64,000 nucleotides of DNA from Sphyrna mokarran (taxonomy: Eukaryota): positions 30,318,001 through 30,382,000 of the forward strand of contig JAGIQG010000021.1 of NCBI GenBank assembly GCA_024679065.1, written 5' to 3'. The notes under the pieces are model-generated. The model was not told the DNA's origin and made no database searches. It saw only the letters and a list, made by a program, of their open reading frames with translations. A program made the position numbers and the translations under genes. Each line of letters starts with the position of its first letter. Within the stretch, counting starts at the first letter, position 1. This document shows, one piece after another, positions 25,231 to 37,770 of the stretch.

Positions 25231-27379
25231 CTTTAGTGAAAATGAAAATATTAGCTTTCAAGCAGCTTTTATGTTAGCAATAGTTACATTTATGCATAAC
25301 ATCATACATTGAACACTTTCCTGCCATTCTTTTTTCTAGTCATTACACTAAAGCACGAATACGGCATGTTAGTTACTAGTGCAACAATCTCAAAAGTTAG
25401 AGCCTCACTTAGCATTGCTTTATATGCGGTTGTCAATATATTAAAACTGTTAGCTTAATGTTCTAACTCTCATTTGGAAAATAAAATTGTTGGTCAATTT
25501 TAAAAATCAGTTCCCTGCAGTCCCATGAGCAAAGCAAATGGAGCGCTCAATGATCCGATTCAACATTGAGTATAAAAGAATAATGATTAAGGCGGGGAGA
25601 GGGAGGGTGATTCTCCTAGCCCACTGCACTGCTCTAGCAATGTAATGGGCCAGGGGACATCAGAAGGCTGTTTCATGACACCCTGAGTCTCTGTGCGTTT
25701 CAGGGGTGAAAATTTTTAGTGCCATCAGCTCTGCACCTGAAATTGGCATGGAGCTGATTTCAATAGTTAAATTATGAATAGCATACAATTAATGGGCCCG
25801 GACTGAAGTCTCTGGGCCCACTAGACTATGTTATGGTTCACTCCGACAGGGTTTACTACTACTCCCCATGGACAAGGATCCTGCTGGAGAATCAGAGGCT
25901 ATAGAGGCCTCCTCCTCAGTAGGTCAGAGTGAAGGGGATGGCCTCTGGGCAGCGCCAGCATGGCCCCCTGCCAGTGTCCCACAGGCAAAACTGGCAATGG
26001 CTGAGAGGCACATTGGCACTGGCCAATGGGCAAGGGGCAGTGCCAAGGGGACAGGCACCAGAGGGGACATAGTCTATTGGGGGTTAGGACTTATAGGGGG
26101 CCATAGGGGGTGATCAGTGGGGATATCCTGCACTGGATGCACTGGGATTGTTGGCAGAAGGGAGTAAGTTGGTGGTCAGGGCTGGCCATTGGGATCATTA
26201 TGGTGAATGGAGGGGGTCAAGGCTACTGCAGGAGTTACAGATGCTGTGGCGGAGGGGGCTATCAGGACTGCAGGAGGATTGGAAGACAGCGGGATGGCCT
26301 GAAGACACCTGAAATGCTAGCGATCAGGGGGGTGATGGGGATTGGGGGGGGTGGTTGGATGGTGGTTCAAGGGGGATTCTCCTGTCTGGGCAGCGATCGG
26401 GAACCTGGCAACATGGGGTCTGTGAGCATGTGCCAATTTCCATAGTGACAGATCAGCGCCTGCACCGTAGCCCGTTCATCCCTCTGGTGCCAGCCTTTCA
26501 GTCGGAATAGGCTGTGATCTGATTTTGAGAGGGAATCCCGGTAGCGCACTCTGAAGTGCTCAGAGTGTGGGAGATTCAATTTGAAAACTCCGCGAAAGAA
26601 ATTGACAGTTACTCCTGTTTTCACATGAAATGAGGACTTAGAATCTTTTGGACAGAATCCTGGTCCAGGGGACCCCATACAGTTGTTGGAGTTCAGTCAG
26701 CTGATGTCAGCCAGAGCAGATACTGAGGACGTTCAAATTATACTTAGTCTCTTTCAGTTCAGGTGAACTAATATCAATCAAAATTTCATTTGCTGAATGC
26801 TGGTCAGTGACTTTAGCTGGAATAACCTTTCCATCATCAAGAGTAACTATTTCCATGTATCCTTTGTTATTGCCTCAGCCGATCTGCTGCTCAAACCCTC
26901 ATTAATACTTTCATTCCCTCCAATCTCAAATACACCAGTTCTCTTCTGGCTGGCCTCACATCTTTCACCTGATTCTGAGAGGTAAACCTGATTCTGATGT
27001 CTATAATCCACATAGTGTCAAATCCTGTTCATTCACCTGCAAGCCATGCACTCTCCCCCCTGCCATTCCCTACATCCACCAACTCAATGCTTGCTGATCT
27101 ACATTAGCTCCCAAACCTCAGTAAAAGTTGTCAAACATGTCTTTAAATCCTTTTTTATCCTCAGCCCTCTCTATCTATCTTTACAGATTCCTTACAGGCT
27201 TCTAAGAATCTTTCATTCCAAAGGTTCTTGGCCTTTTGTGCATCTCCACCATTGGTAGCTAGTCTGCCTTCGTGCTAAGCTCTGGAATTCTCTCCTAAAA
27301 CCGAATTGATTCTCCACCTTTCTCCTTTAGAATTACATTAATTTTCATCTGCTTGCACTCCTGTGAAGTGCTTTAGATT

Positions 27380-27697
27380 CATCATAGAATTATACAATGC
27401 AGAACGAGTCCATTTGGCTCATTAAGTCTGCACTGAGAACAATCTCACAGTCAACCCTATCACAGTAAACTCACATATTTACTCTGCTAATCCCTCTGAC
27501 ACTGAGGGGCAATTTAGCATGGCCAATCAATGTAATCCACAGATCTTTGGAGTTTGGGAGGAAACTGGAGCACCCAGAGGTAACCCAGGCAGATACGGGG
27601 AGAATGTACAAACTCCACAGAAATAGTCACCCAAAGCTGGAATTGAACCTGGCTTCCCAGTGCTACGAGGCAGCAGTATTAACCACTGTGCCCCCGT
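27380..27697 (-). mobile_element. HE1/V-type SINE
   Basis: V core, head and tail. Confidence 0.75.
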
Positions 27698-28517
27698 GGG
27701 GATGTTTTACTCTGTTAAAGGGACAATATAAATGTGAGTTGTTTTTCGTGCTGGGCAAACATGATACTGACATTGGGAGAAAACTGGACTGGACTCAGCT
27801 ATAACCATCTTATTTTCATATAAGCTGCCTATATTTAATGTGAAAAATAGTCACGGTGACAGGTGCAATTTTACACTCTGAATTTAATAGGAGTGGTGTT
27901 TATAATACCTGAAGGGTTGGTAGAGAACATATCCTTGCTGATGTCGGCCATCCCTCAGCCATTTAACAAATGTTAATTAGCTGGAGGTGCGGCTTCCATT
28001 TTATCACTCAGGAGGAAATCTTGCATCAGAGAATGGTTGGCCAAGCTAATTGAGACGTCAACAGCTGGGAAGACAGGGAGTCCCCAGTGTCAAACCCTGG
28101 AGCTAGATGCAGGTATGTACTGGGGGGATTTTTAGCTGAGAATGCAAAGGGCATCTCCAAGGTGATCAGGAGAATTTGTTAGAGAGGATGGCGGGGGCCG
28201 GGGGGGAGGAACAAACAAGGGGGAGAGAGGGAAGGCCCTGGGTGAGGGAGAGCCCAATATGGAAAGGGTGACAGAGAGATAAATCGATTTATTTGACAGG
28301 CCACCCAATCTTCAAACCTGCCCTTAAAGAATGGTTAAATTCTACTCCATTAGTCAAAGGAAGAAGAGTGGTTAGGAAGGGGTGGAATGGGGGGAGGGGG
28401 TGGGAGGTGGGCTTTAATGTTGCTTTGGAAAAGGAAAACATGATCTTGGAAAGGTCCTCAGCAAAAATAGCTATGTCATTGCCCTTATTTGAACTAATAT
28501 TGTACCTTAAGACATAC

Positions 28518-28658
28518 GATTTCTCCAGTAAAAGAACACCATCATTACCAAAAGTGCGAAAATTACGGCAAAGGACAGAGAGAAATAAACACCAACAGGT
28601 CTTCTCATTTTTGCTTTTTGTTGCTGATAGTTTCCTTCCATTTTAGGATTGTCCAATA
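28518..28658 (-). CDS. Gene C stalk + transmembrane exon
   Basis: Acceptor gccatttcag, donor gtatgt, 141 nt, phase 1-1. VLDNPKMEGNYQQQKAKMRRP-VGVYFSLSFAVIFALLVMMVFFYW-RN. Confidence 0.88.
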
Positions 28659-29851
28659 CTGAAATGGCAAGCATATAATTGGCATATTTAATTACAATTG
28701 ATATCATGTACTCCAAGAGCTTTACTTAAAACATCTTTTGTGTAAGATAGGATGGAGCAGATTACATTAATTTATGAGATCATAGTGCCATGGATTAAAT
28801 AAATTATACAGCAATGACTTAGTTATATAATTGTGCCTAAATGCTTCCTTCAGATGATTAGACATTGCCCTTGGCCAAATTGTCAGAATTAAGTGGCACT
28901 CAATGAATAGGAATTAGTTATGTTCATTTTGGATTCAGTAAACAGGAAAAAAATGACAGATAATGTCAACTGCAGATTGGGTTTCAGCAATATTATCATC
29001 TTGCAGTAGGACATGCCAAGTGGAAACAGGGACTTACTGCCTCAAGTGCAATGAGGAGCAGAAATGATGTAACAATTTAACTAACAGCTCAGATTTTAAA
29101 AGAATGCTTGTCATCTAAAATATTCAATACTGTCCCTATCATAAAAGAAATTTAAAAATATACATATTGTGCAGAAGTATGTTGATAGGTTTTATTCAGA
29201 ACAAAGTATAATAGACACTGGAATAAAAACAGAAAAAGCTGGAGAAACTCAAGATCTTGTTCAGAAGAATTCAAGTAAAAAGCCGAGGAAGTATTCTGAA
29301 TTAAAGGGACAGCTGCAAAAACGAGACTTAAAGTCAGCTAGGTGAGAAGCTAGACGTACAATGTAGATCAAAAATTTGGTGGCACCTTAAACCAGCCTGT
29401 GAAGCAATGGTGTTCTGTTGGCAAGGTGTGGGAGCTTGAATGCAAGTGGCAAATCCAAGGCATATCAATGTTGAGATATTGAAATGCTGGAGATGGATCC
29501 TTGGTGAAAACATCCGAGAGAATGTTCTGCTTCGGGCAAGATTTCAGATATGTTCTTTGAAATGGGAGTTTGGAAACCCTCATATGGACATCAAAGTTCC
29601 AATGAGGCCAGTTGGTTCAGAGTGTGACAAGCATTTGAAGTGGAATTTGATGAGAAATCTACAGAAGTTGTTCTGGGTGGCATCAATCACTTGATTTCAG
29701 AGTGTGGTTTGTCTGGCCACAATTGGCCTGTTGATTTGCACAAGAACATTACAGAGTCTAAGATAAATTTACAATTTATGTTATTCTTACAAATCTCTAT
29801 AAATCTGTAAAAGGTAGAATTGGCTGAATGAATAATGTATTATAGTTAACA

Positions 29852-30314
29852 TTTTTTTTTTTTAAAGCAACACAGCACGGGAAACAGGCCCTTCGGCCCA
29901 ACGAGCCCGCGCCACCGTAATACCAAATCATTATCCTATTTTAATAGTCCTATATAATAGTATATATATTAATCCTAATTTGGAAAATTTTCACCATAGG
30001 GACAATTTGTTACCCAATCAGCCTAAGAGCGAATTTTTGGGTTGTGGGAGGAAACCGGAGTGCCCGGAGAAAACCCACGCAACCACGGGGAGAACGCGCA
30101 AACTCCCGCAGACACCGGCCCAATTCCAAGTGTCTGCACAGCCACATCGATAGTCTCTGAGCTGTCATGGTGCCCTTCAGGTGGTCCACATAAAGCACTC
30201 ATATACGACATGAGGTACCAGGCAACCCATGAATCAACATCCAAGAGCTGTCCTCGCACCACCTGCCGAATGCGTGCTCAAATTATGGACCGAATTACCT
30301 GTGGAAAAAAGCCG
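29852..30314 (-). mobile_element. Young atypical V-domain retroposon with a poly(A) tail and a non-tRNA 5' part
   Basis: CpG-intact V core, CR1-like tail gggccgaagggcctgtttcc, A-rich end; near-TSD tagttaa(a)ca on both sides. Confidence 0.65.
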
Positions 30315-31667
30315 TAGTTAAACAGTCCTAATATATCCCTCTATCTGCATTTTCTTGATTAACAAATGTTTTATTATTTTATTAAAGGTTAAATGGCAGC
30401 GCTGTGACTCTGTTCATCCACCTCTGGAAATATATTATAGAAGCTACAATCTGTTGTCTGGGACCTGACTATACAATAGCAGCATGAGAAACAATATGAC
30501 TCTTCTTCAGAGTTCTGTTTCTCTGTACACAGATGCTGCCAGGCCTGCTGAGCTTCTTCAACATTTTTTTTTCTATTTCAGATTCCCAGCATTTATAGTA
30601 CTTTGTTCTTATTAAATCAGACATTATGTTCATTTTTCCCACTAGATTACAAATGTAACATTAAAAAATGAGTCCGTGTTCTCTTGCAATCTGAATGTCA
30701 CACTTAAATGATATGCTATTGAGTATTTTTGATCAATCGATGATTTTAATGGATCCCCAAACTTTTACTCAATGGTTGCAAGCTTCCAGCCTTTTCTCTC
30801 AACTGAAAAAGAGATTCCTCTCTAACCAAACTCCAAGCTTGGACCCAATTACTTGTCCTCTTTGACATTCCCCATTGACATTGCCAACTATTCACTTCCA
30901 GTCAGAGCAGCCTTGCCTATCCACGGGAGCCACTGGGCCTCCCATTTTCTGAACATTATTGCAGAGTTTCTCATGTTCTCAGGCTCAGTGCTAGATTTCA
31001 CATTTTCTGGCTTCCAGAGAGACAGCTTTGCCATTTGGAATGGTTCAGAAATTCGCGACATAAATTCATGGCAGCTTCAGAAGCACCAAGAACTACTGCT
31101 GAGGATTGCTAACATCAAACCAAAGCCACATGTTTCCTTAGCCTTATAAATGAAAACAGAATCAGGATGAGTGTTTTCCTTAAAATATCTATACTATATA
31201 GAATAAAATGGTGATCTCTTTTATGGCATTGTTAAAGTTCTAAATAATAGTGGGCCCATCCATAGGAAATGCAAATCAATTTATGTTTTGTGATGCCAAT
31301 GGGAATTAAATTAGGGTGCATGGAAAATAATCCAATTCTGGGATTGTATTATAAACAAAATCTCCTCTGGGGGAATTTGTGAGCTATTTTAGAAAAGTGC
31401 AGTTTGAATTTTATGCTTCTCATGGTGAAAGTGGCTGGGGTTTGGGAATACTTTCTCCAGACAGTATCAAAGTGGAAAGTCCCATGTTAAGTACCAAAGA
31501 ATTTTGTTCCAAAACTCCATGCTTTCTGTTCCATCTCAAAGAAATACCTTAACTTAAAACTCAGAAGTCTATTTCTTACAATGCTGGCTTTTCCTCATAA
31601 TTCATAGCTCTCAGTTAAGAAATACAGCAAACACTACCTTAAAGAGATGCGTACATTTACATATTTA

Positions 31668-31910
31668 TATTTATTTATTAATGTCACAAGTAGACTTACA
31701 CTAAGGGAAAAATTCACTAATCGCACAATCCAGCACCTATTCGGGTACACTGGAGGGAGAATTTAGCATGGCCAATACACCTAACCATCGTGTCTTTTGG
31801 ACTGCAGGAGGAAAGTGGAGCGGCCGAAGGAAACCCATACAGATATGGGGAGAACATGTAATGTCCCCATAGCCAGTGATTCAAGCCAAGAATTAAACCC
31901 AGTTCCCTGT
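31668..31910 (-). mobile_element. HE1/V-type SINE fragment
   Basis: V core and tail. Confidence 0.7.
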
Positions 31911-32168
31911 AGATTAATAATCTCACTTTAATTTTTCCCTTCAATTTATCAGCCCATCACATTTTGTTAAATATGTTTTGCACTATACCTGTGAGCACTT
32001 TACATTTGCAGTGCTCAAGGCAACCACAACTCACTAATGATTTTATTGTATGTGAGTTCTTGTGTTAGCAGCATTTGCAGAGACATTTCCCTCAGTCCAT
32101 ATCTTTTCATTCCGACATGTGTACTAGACCAATGAAAATCATGGAAAAAAAAGTTTGCATCAACTTAC

Positions 32169-32423
32169 CTGCAGATGTGCATGCATTTTCAATGCATACA
32201 GAACAATTGTAGTTTATGTAATGCTGTTCATCAATGACTGAAATGTAAGAAGTGATGTTGTACAACTTATCTTCCATTTGTATTATGCTGGAATTAGCAT
32301 TTAAATTCGTTCCATTTTTAATCTGCCAGTGAAGTTCTGCCAAAGGATACCCAATTGTAGTACAAGAAAGACCTTTCTCACCACCTCGGTTGCTTTTGGT
32401 GACTTGAGGTATGGTATATCTGG
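32169..32423 (-). CDS. Gene C Ig C-type domain exon (short, PD-L-like)
   Basis: Acceptor tgttttcag, donor gtaagt, 255 nt. ARY...LSCTTIGYPLAELHW...EDKLYNITSYI...NYNCSVCIENAC. Confidence 0.92.
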
Positions 32424-33454
32424 CTGAAAACATGTTTCACAAGTTTAATCTTGCAACTCCAAGTTAGTGATGTACAGCTGGATTTAATAAGACCAATACC
32501 AATCATTCCAATAGCACCACAAACATTGTAGGTTGAGTTTCCACTGATTCATGATGACATCTTTAAAAATGACAGGCGGGACCAATTCTGGGATTTCCAA
32601 TCCTATCTCTGGGCTGTCTGACTTCCAGAAGTGCCTTTAAAGGATGCTGGCTTATGGCGTCAAACATTGACAGCTGCAACTCCCCATTCATTGTGGAGTT
32701 CAACACATCCTAGTCCTCCAACATACTCATGGAGCTGGGCACAGTCTTTCATGAGTTATTGTTCATCCCCTTCCAAGGTTTCCTCATGAACCCTACCTTT
32801 CACAAGGAGACTTTTAAAAAGGTGATTGCTAAAGATCCTCTTCAAGCTCTTTGTAATAAACTATGCCCCTGCACCCACCCTCATGGCTCCTCATTGGCCC
32901 AATGCCAAATCATGGCAAATTACCCATCCCGATGGTCCAATTGTTCCCATACACCTATGTCAACTTTTGTCTCTTCACTAACTCTCAAGGCCCCTGGTGT
33001 CCCCTATGCCAAGCTATGGTACTGCAATGCTTATTGACCGATTTATAAACTATATAGTACAGCAATGAGCCCTATAATGACAGTAGGATGTGTAAAATAA
33101 GCTTTAAAAAATTCATTCATTCGTTACTTTCTACTCTATTAAGGAAGTCACATTATGACAAGAGAATAAAAATATCAATCAGTAAGACCCTTTAAAGTAT
33201 CAATAACAGAAAACACAAACTCTTTAAACTGCTTAGCTTTCTGTAAGAAGAAAGAAATTGACCACATAGATCAGAGTGCTGGAGCTATCGTTTAAGCAAT
33301 GTTTTCTCTGGGATGCAGCTATTTAAGAAGTGTAATAGGACTTCTTCTGTTTGCAACACATGTTCATGATGTATGCTTGGCTAATAGTCCAGACATCCAT
33401 TACTCTGTAAAGATCCATTATCCTTGAATGATGCAGTGAACGCAGGTTCTATGT

Positions 33455-33650
33455 CAGATTCCTATTTATTGACTACAGATCAGCCTTCAACACCATTATT
33501 CTAATGAAACTCATTCCAAACTCCTTGGCCTGGGCCTGGGCTCTTCCTTTGTGACTGGATCTTGAACTTCCTAACTCACAGACCATTATTAGTTAGGGTA
33601 GGCAACAACACCTCCTCTACGATCATCCTCAATACCGATGCTCCACAGGT
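33455..33650 (+). mobile_element. Rex1-type LINE RT fragment (another on minus at ~45530-46050)
   Basis: DY.SAFNTII..KL..LGLG.SLCDWILNFLT.RP motif; second fragment has MKCFKRLVM. Confidence 0.65.
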
Positions 33651-34215
33651 GAATGCATTCTGTGTAGAAATATTGGGATAATAGGTCTAAATTTTCATTC
33701 ATGAGGTTGGCAATGGGATTGGAAAAATTCATGGTTCAGCAAGCCTGCCTCTGGAGAAAGTGCCAGCAAGGCAAGATCTTCATTGGTGGATGGGTGTGGG
33801 CTGAAGTTGAGCCAGCTGACCCAGGAGAAGCATTTTCTGGAAGCAGGATGTTTAAAAGACCTCACCAGTACCTCAGCCAAGGTGGTTGTTTGTTATTTGT
33901 GAATCCTGGAAGTAAATTATGACATGAGTTTCAACTACTGGGACCTTAGAACTTAAGGTAGTATTAGAATTAACCAGAAACAGGGATTCTGTCTGATTTT
34001 ATGCTAACAACAATATAGCCAACTTCAACCATACATGGCAAGCAATGTTAAATTAACACAAGTATTTATCTATCCTTTGGAACATGAGACCATACTGACA
34101 CAGAAAAGACCAATATAACAAATATTGATGTAACTCTATTAGTTTTAATCTTCAATGCCTGATGTGAAATATTCTTGTACTGTCCTGGGGATAAAAAGGG
34201 ATTTTCTTTACCTAC

Positions 34216-34527
34216 CTTTAACAAAAAGTTCTATATCTTCTTTTTTATAACCAAATTCACAGTTTAGGAAAAGCTGATATTTCCCTTCATCCAAAATTTC
34301 CGTTTCCTCAATTATCAATTTTACAGTTCCTGAATCTGTGAGACATCTTCTTCGTCCCAGGGCATTTGCTTCTTCTTTGGGTGTACATGAGATTTCAGTA
34401 TCATTCATGAGAATCGAAATACTGTTACATTTTTTGTTCTTTATTAACGTGTACTGACAAGTCAAAACAGTGCGCTTGTTATGGATCCCTGTGACTGGAT
34501 TCTTACAATGGACAGTTACAAATGAAT
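34216..34527 (-). CDS. Gene C atypical, Cys-rich Ig V-domain exon
   Basis: Acceptor tatttatttcag, donor gtaggt, 312 nt, phase 1-1. DSFVTVHCKNPVTGIHNKRTVLTC...VKLIIEETEILDEGKYQLFLNC...IELFVK. Confidence 0.9.
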
Positions 34528-34629
34528 CTGAAATAAATATAATGATCTATTAGCACTTATCCTTTAAAGTATAGAAGCACAAAATAGAAACATTGAACAT
34601 GACAGAAGTTATATATTGGTATTACTTAC

Positions 34630-34702
34630 CACCAGCTACAATAGTCACAAAGAAGGAAACCACAATAAAACAAAGAATTTTTGGAAAATGGTAAGTAGCC
34701 AT
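34630..34702 (-). CDS. Gene C signal-peptide exon (coding part; exon 34630-34725)
   Basis: MATYHFPKILCFIVVSFFVTIVAG, donor gtaagt, 102-nt phase-1 intron. Confidence 0.88.
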
Positions 34703-35146
34703 TCTTTTCCAGGACTTCCAAGAATCTGTTTAAAATATTGGAATAACTCATTACTGGCACATAATAAATTTTGGGGACATTTGTTTTGCACTCAAATGCC
34801 ATATTTATTTGGCACACTTAATTGAGACTGGGTGGTCACATTCCTGAGTCTTGTGTTCAAAATTTACACGGTTCTTGTGTTCAAGCACTTACATGCACAT
34901 CCTACTTGTGATCTGAACAGTGTAGTCTCCACTTATGCTTATGCTGCCATCAGAACAGCAGCCTGAAACATGGACCACAGATTCCAGCTCAGGATTTTTT
35001 ATAATTGGCTAAATTGATAAGCATGACCTTGGGAAGAGATGGTAATATTTGAGGCGAGTGACTAAATAAACATTGCAGTTCACAAAAGTGTGAATAATTT
35101 GACTCCAAGTCCTGATGAACGAGATAGTCCCGAGGTAAAGAATCTA

Positions 35147-35972
35147 GGGGCGATCTTACCGCTTGTCACAATGGTCAATCAGCAGGGCAAGCCAATAAGA
35201 TTGCAAGAGAGGCAAAGAAAACGGGAAGGGTGCAAGGCTGATGTAAATATTTCAATCTGCATTTCAATGATATTAGTGAGCCCAGGACAGAATTGTTCAG
35301 GCTTACTTGCCTTAACAGCTACAGAGGTGTAGGTCCTCCCTGGCAAGGATCACCAGAAATGGGGACCAGCTGTGATGGCCTGTGTGACTGGAGGCTACTG
35401 AGACCCCTGATGTGGTTGGGGAGTGAGGGAACAATCATCCTTTGGCAGAGCCAGCCTGGCTATTGGGGCAGCAATCAGCTGGGAGGCAGGAAATGGAGGT
35501 GGCAATCAGCCAGGGGTGGGTAGATGGGGGTGGTGCTCAAACAAGGAAGCCAGTGATCATCCAGGGAGGACAGGGATGGGTCTGAGTTCAGTGATCATCC
35601 AGGAAGGCAAGCAATCAAGAGGAGAAATCAGACATCAGCTGGGGAGGCCAGTGATCGAAGGGAGTGGACAGTGATTGGCCAGGAGGGCCAGCGATCATAG
35701 TTAGAAGCCAGCAATCGAGAATGGAGTCCAGCAATCATTAACAGATCTCTCCAGCACACAGTGCATTCAGAAATCAAAGTGTGTGCGCAATAGTGCTCCT
35801 CGCAGTCAACAGCTGGCTTCCTGATGAGAATAGATTCCGTCCACTCCCCTTACTGTCGTGAATCACACTTTGCCTCTCTTTTTGCAGTAAGTGCCCATGT
35901 GATTGCATCTGTGCGCTTATCCAAAAAATGGATGCGACTTTCTCCTGTTTGTTCAGCAATTAAAATCGTCCC
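35147..35972. mobile_element. Non-autonomous Harbinger-like DNA element
   Basis: Imperfect terminal inverted repeats ggggcgatctta / taaaatcgtccc, similar to the TIR at 49069/51895. Confidence 0.5.
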
Positions 35973-36654
35973 TTTATTTCTTTGTGGTGGTAGTCGCAAT
36001 CTCAACAGTTTTCACATTATAAATTATTAATTATCATGGCTAAACTAAGAGACTATTCATAGTAACATTGGTTGGATGTTCTCCATTGGTTTTATTATAT
36101 ATTTTCTTGTGCAAAAGTGTTTATTAAGTAATGCTTATAGAGCTTCAAGTTAAACAATAGAGCACTATATGCAAATACATATTGATTTAATTTCAGTTGT
36201 CTAAAATAATTAAATTAATACTGGTGTTAGAATTTCAGAGGGAAAAAGTTCACAGAAATCCAAGTGTTGAAAGGCTGCACACCATTGTAATTTTCCTCAG
36301 TCACAAACATTTGAGTTCAGCTGTTAGATTTTATCTTGAACATTTATAGTGGTAACTTGCACCATTTCACTGAGAGCAGATGCTGGAAATCTATTTATTA
36401 GAACCTCATATTTTTAAAAGCTTTCAATGGAAATAAGGGACTTTTTGTACAAGCATTTAAAGAAAGTAAGAATGGCTTAAAGTAATTTGGATCCCTTAAA
36501 GAGACAGGCAGATAACATTGTAATTAAAAATTGGGAAATGACAGACTCCTTAATTATTTCCTTTGCACTGAAGTTGACAGGAGAGGAAGATGACAAAGTG
36601 CCAGAAATATGAGAAAATTGAGGAAAATGGACAGCGATCAGTCAGGGGAGGGAT

Positions 36655-36952
36655 TGATGGCAAGTGGTTTGCACTGCTGCTTCACAAAGCCAGGCATCCA
36701 GGTTCAGTTTCTGGCTTGGGTCATTGTCTGTGTAGAGCTTGCACATCCTCCCTGTGTCTGCATGGTTTTCCTCCAGGTACTCCAGTTTCCTCCCACAATC
36801 CAGAAGCTATGCAGGCTAGGTGGATTGCCATGCTAAATTCTCCCTCAGAGTACTTGAACAGGCACTGGAGTGTGGCAAGTAGAAGAATTTTCACAGTAAC
36901 TTCATTGCAGTGTGAATGTAAGCCTACTTGTAACTAATAAATAAACTTTAAC
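36655..36952 (+). mobile_element. HE1/V-type SINE
   Basis: Head, V core and tail. Confidence 0.75.
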
Positions 36953-37289
36953 ACCTAAAGCCAAATCAAAGGAAGGAACTTTGTGAGATTGCCCCATATT
37001 CTTCAACACTTTGGATCATAAGAATCTATCAATCACCCTTCAAAATATACAATTAGTATATCAATTGCCATTTGCAGAAGATGGTTCCCAACAGTACAAC
37101 ACAGTCACACACTCATATACATTTATGTTTAAATTTCATCAGCACTGCTATAGTTAAAGAAAACGTGATCAGGCAACTTTCCATTAAATTAATTTTAACC
37201 AATTATCGGTCCTTAAAATTTGCCATCCCTTTATACTTAGTGTACTGCACTTGTATGGGCCCAAAATCCTTAATCTTGATGGTCTGGGT

Positions 37290-37770
37290 CACTTGAGTTC
37301 TAGTATAGGTTAGGTCTGGAATGGTTTAGTTCTGGTATGAGTCAGGTCTGGTATTGGTCAGGTCTGGTATGTGTCAGTTCTGGTATGGGTCAGTTCTGGT
37401 AAGGGCCAGTTCTGGTATGGGTTAGTTCTGGTATGGGTCAGTTCTGGTATGGGTCAGTTCTGGTAAGGGCCAGTTCTGGTATGTGTCAGTTCTGGTATGG
37501 GTCAGTTCTGGTATGGGTCAGTTCTGGTATGGGCCAGTTCTGGTAAGGGCCAGTTCTGGTATGGGTTAGTTCTGGTATGGGTCAGTTCTGGTATGGGCCA
37601 GTTGTGGTATGGGTTAGTGCTGGTATGGGTCAGCTCTGGTATGCGTCAGTTCTGGTATGGGTTAGTTCTGGTATGGGTCAGTTCTGGTATGAGTTAGTTC
37701 TGGTATGGGTTAGTTCTGGTATGGGTTAGTTCTGGTATGGTTAGTTCTGGTATGGGTCAGGTTTGTATGA
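37290..37770. repeat. 16-bp minisatellite (tggtatgggtcagttc)n, about 29 copies, in gene C intron 1
   Basis: Direct inspection. Confidence 0.92.

Noticed and set aside
58-34527. V exons considered as rearranging Ig/TCR/IgNAR segments
   Set aside because: They end in ordinary splice donors with a germline G strand, and there is no heptamer/nonamer RSS or J segment.
37290-37770. Regular repeats considered as a CRISPR array or Ig switch region
   Set aside because: No spacers, eukaryotic context, almost no AGCT motifs and no Ig constant genes.
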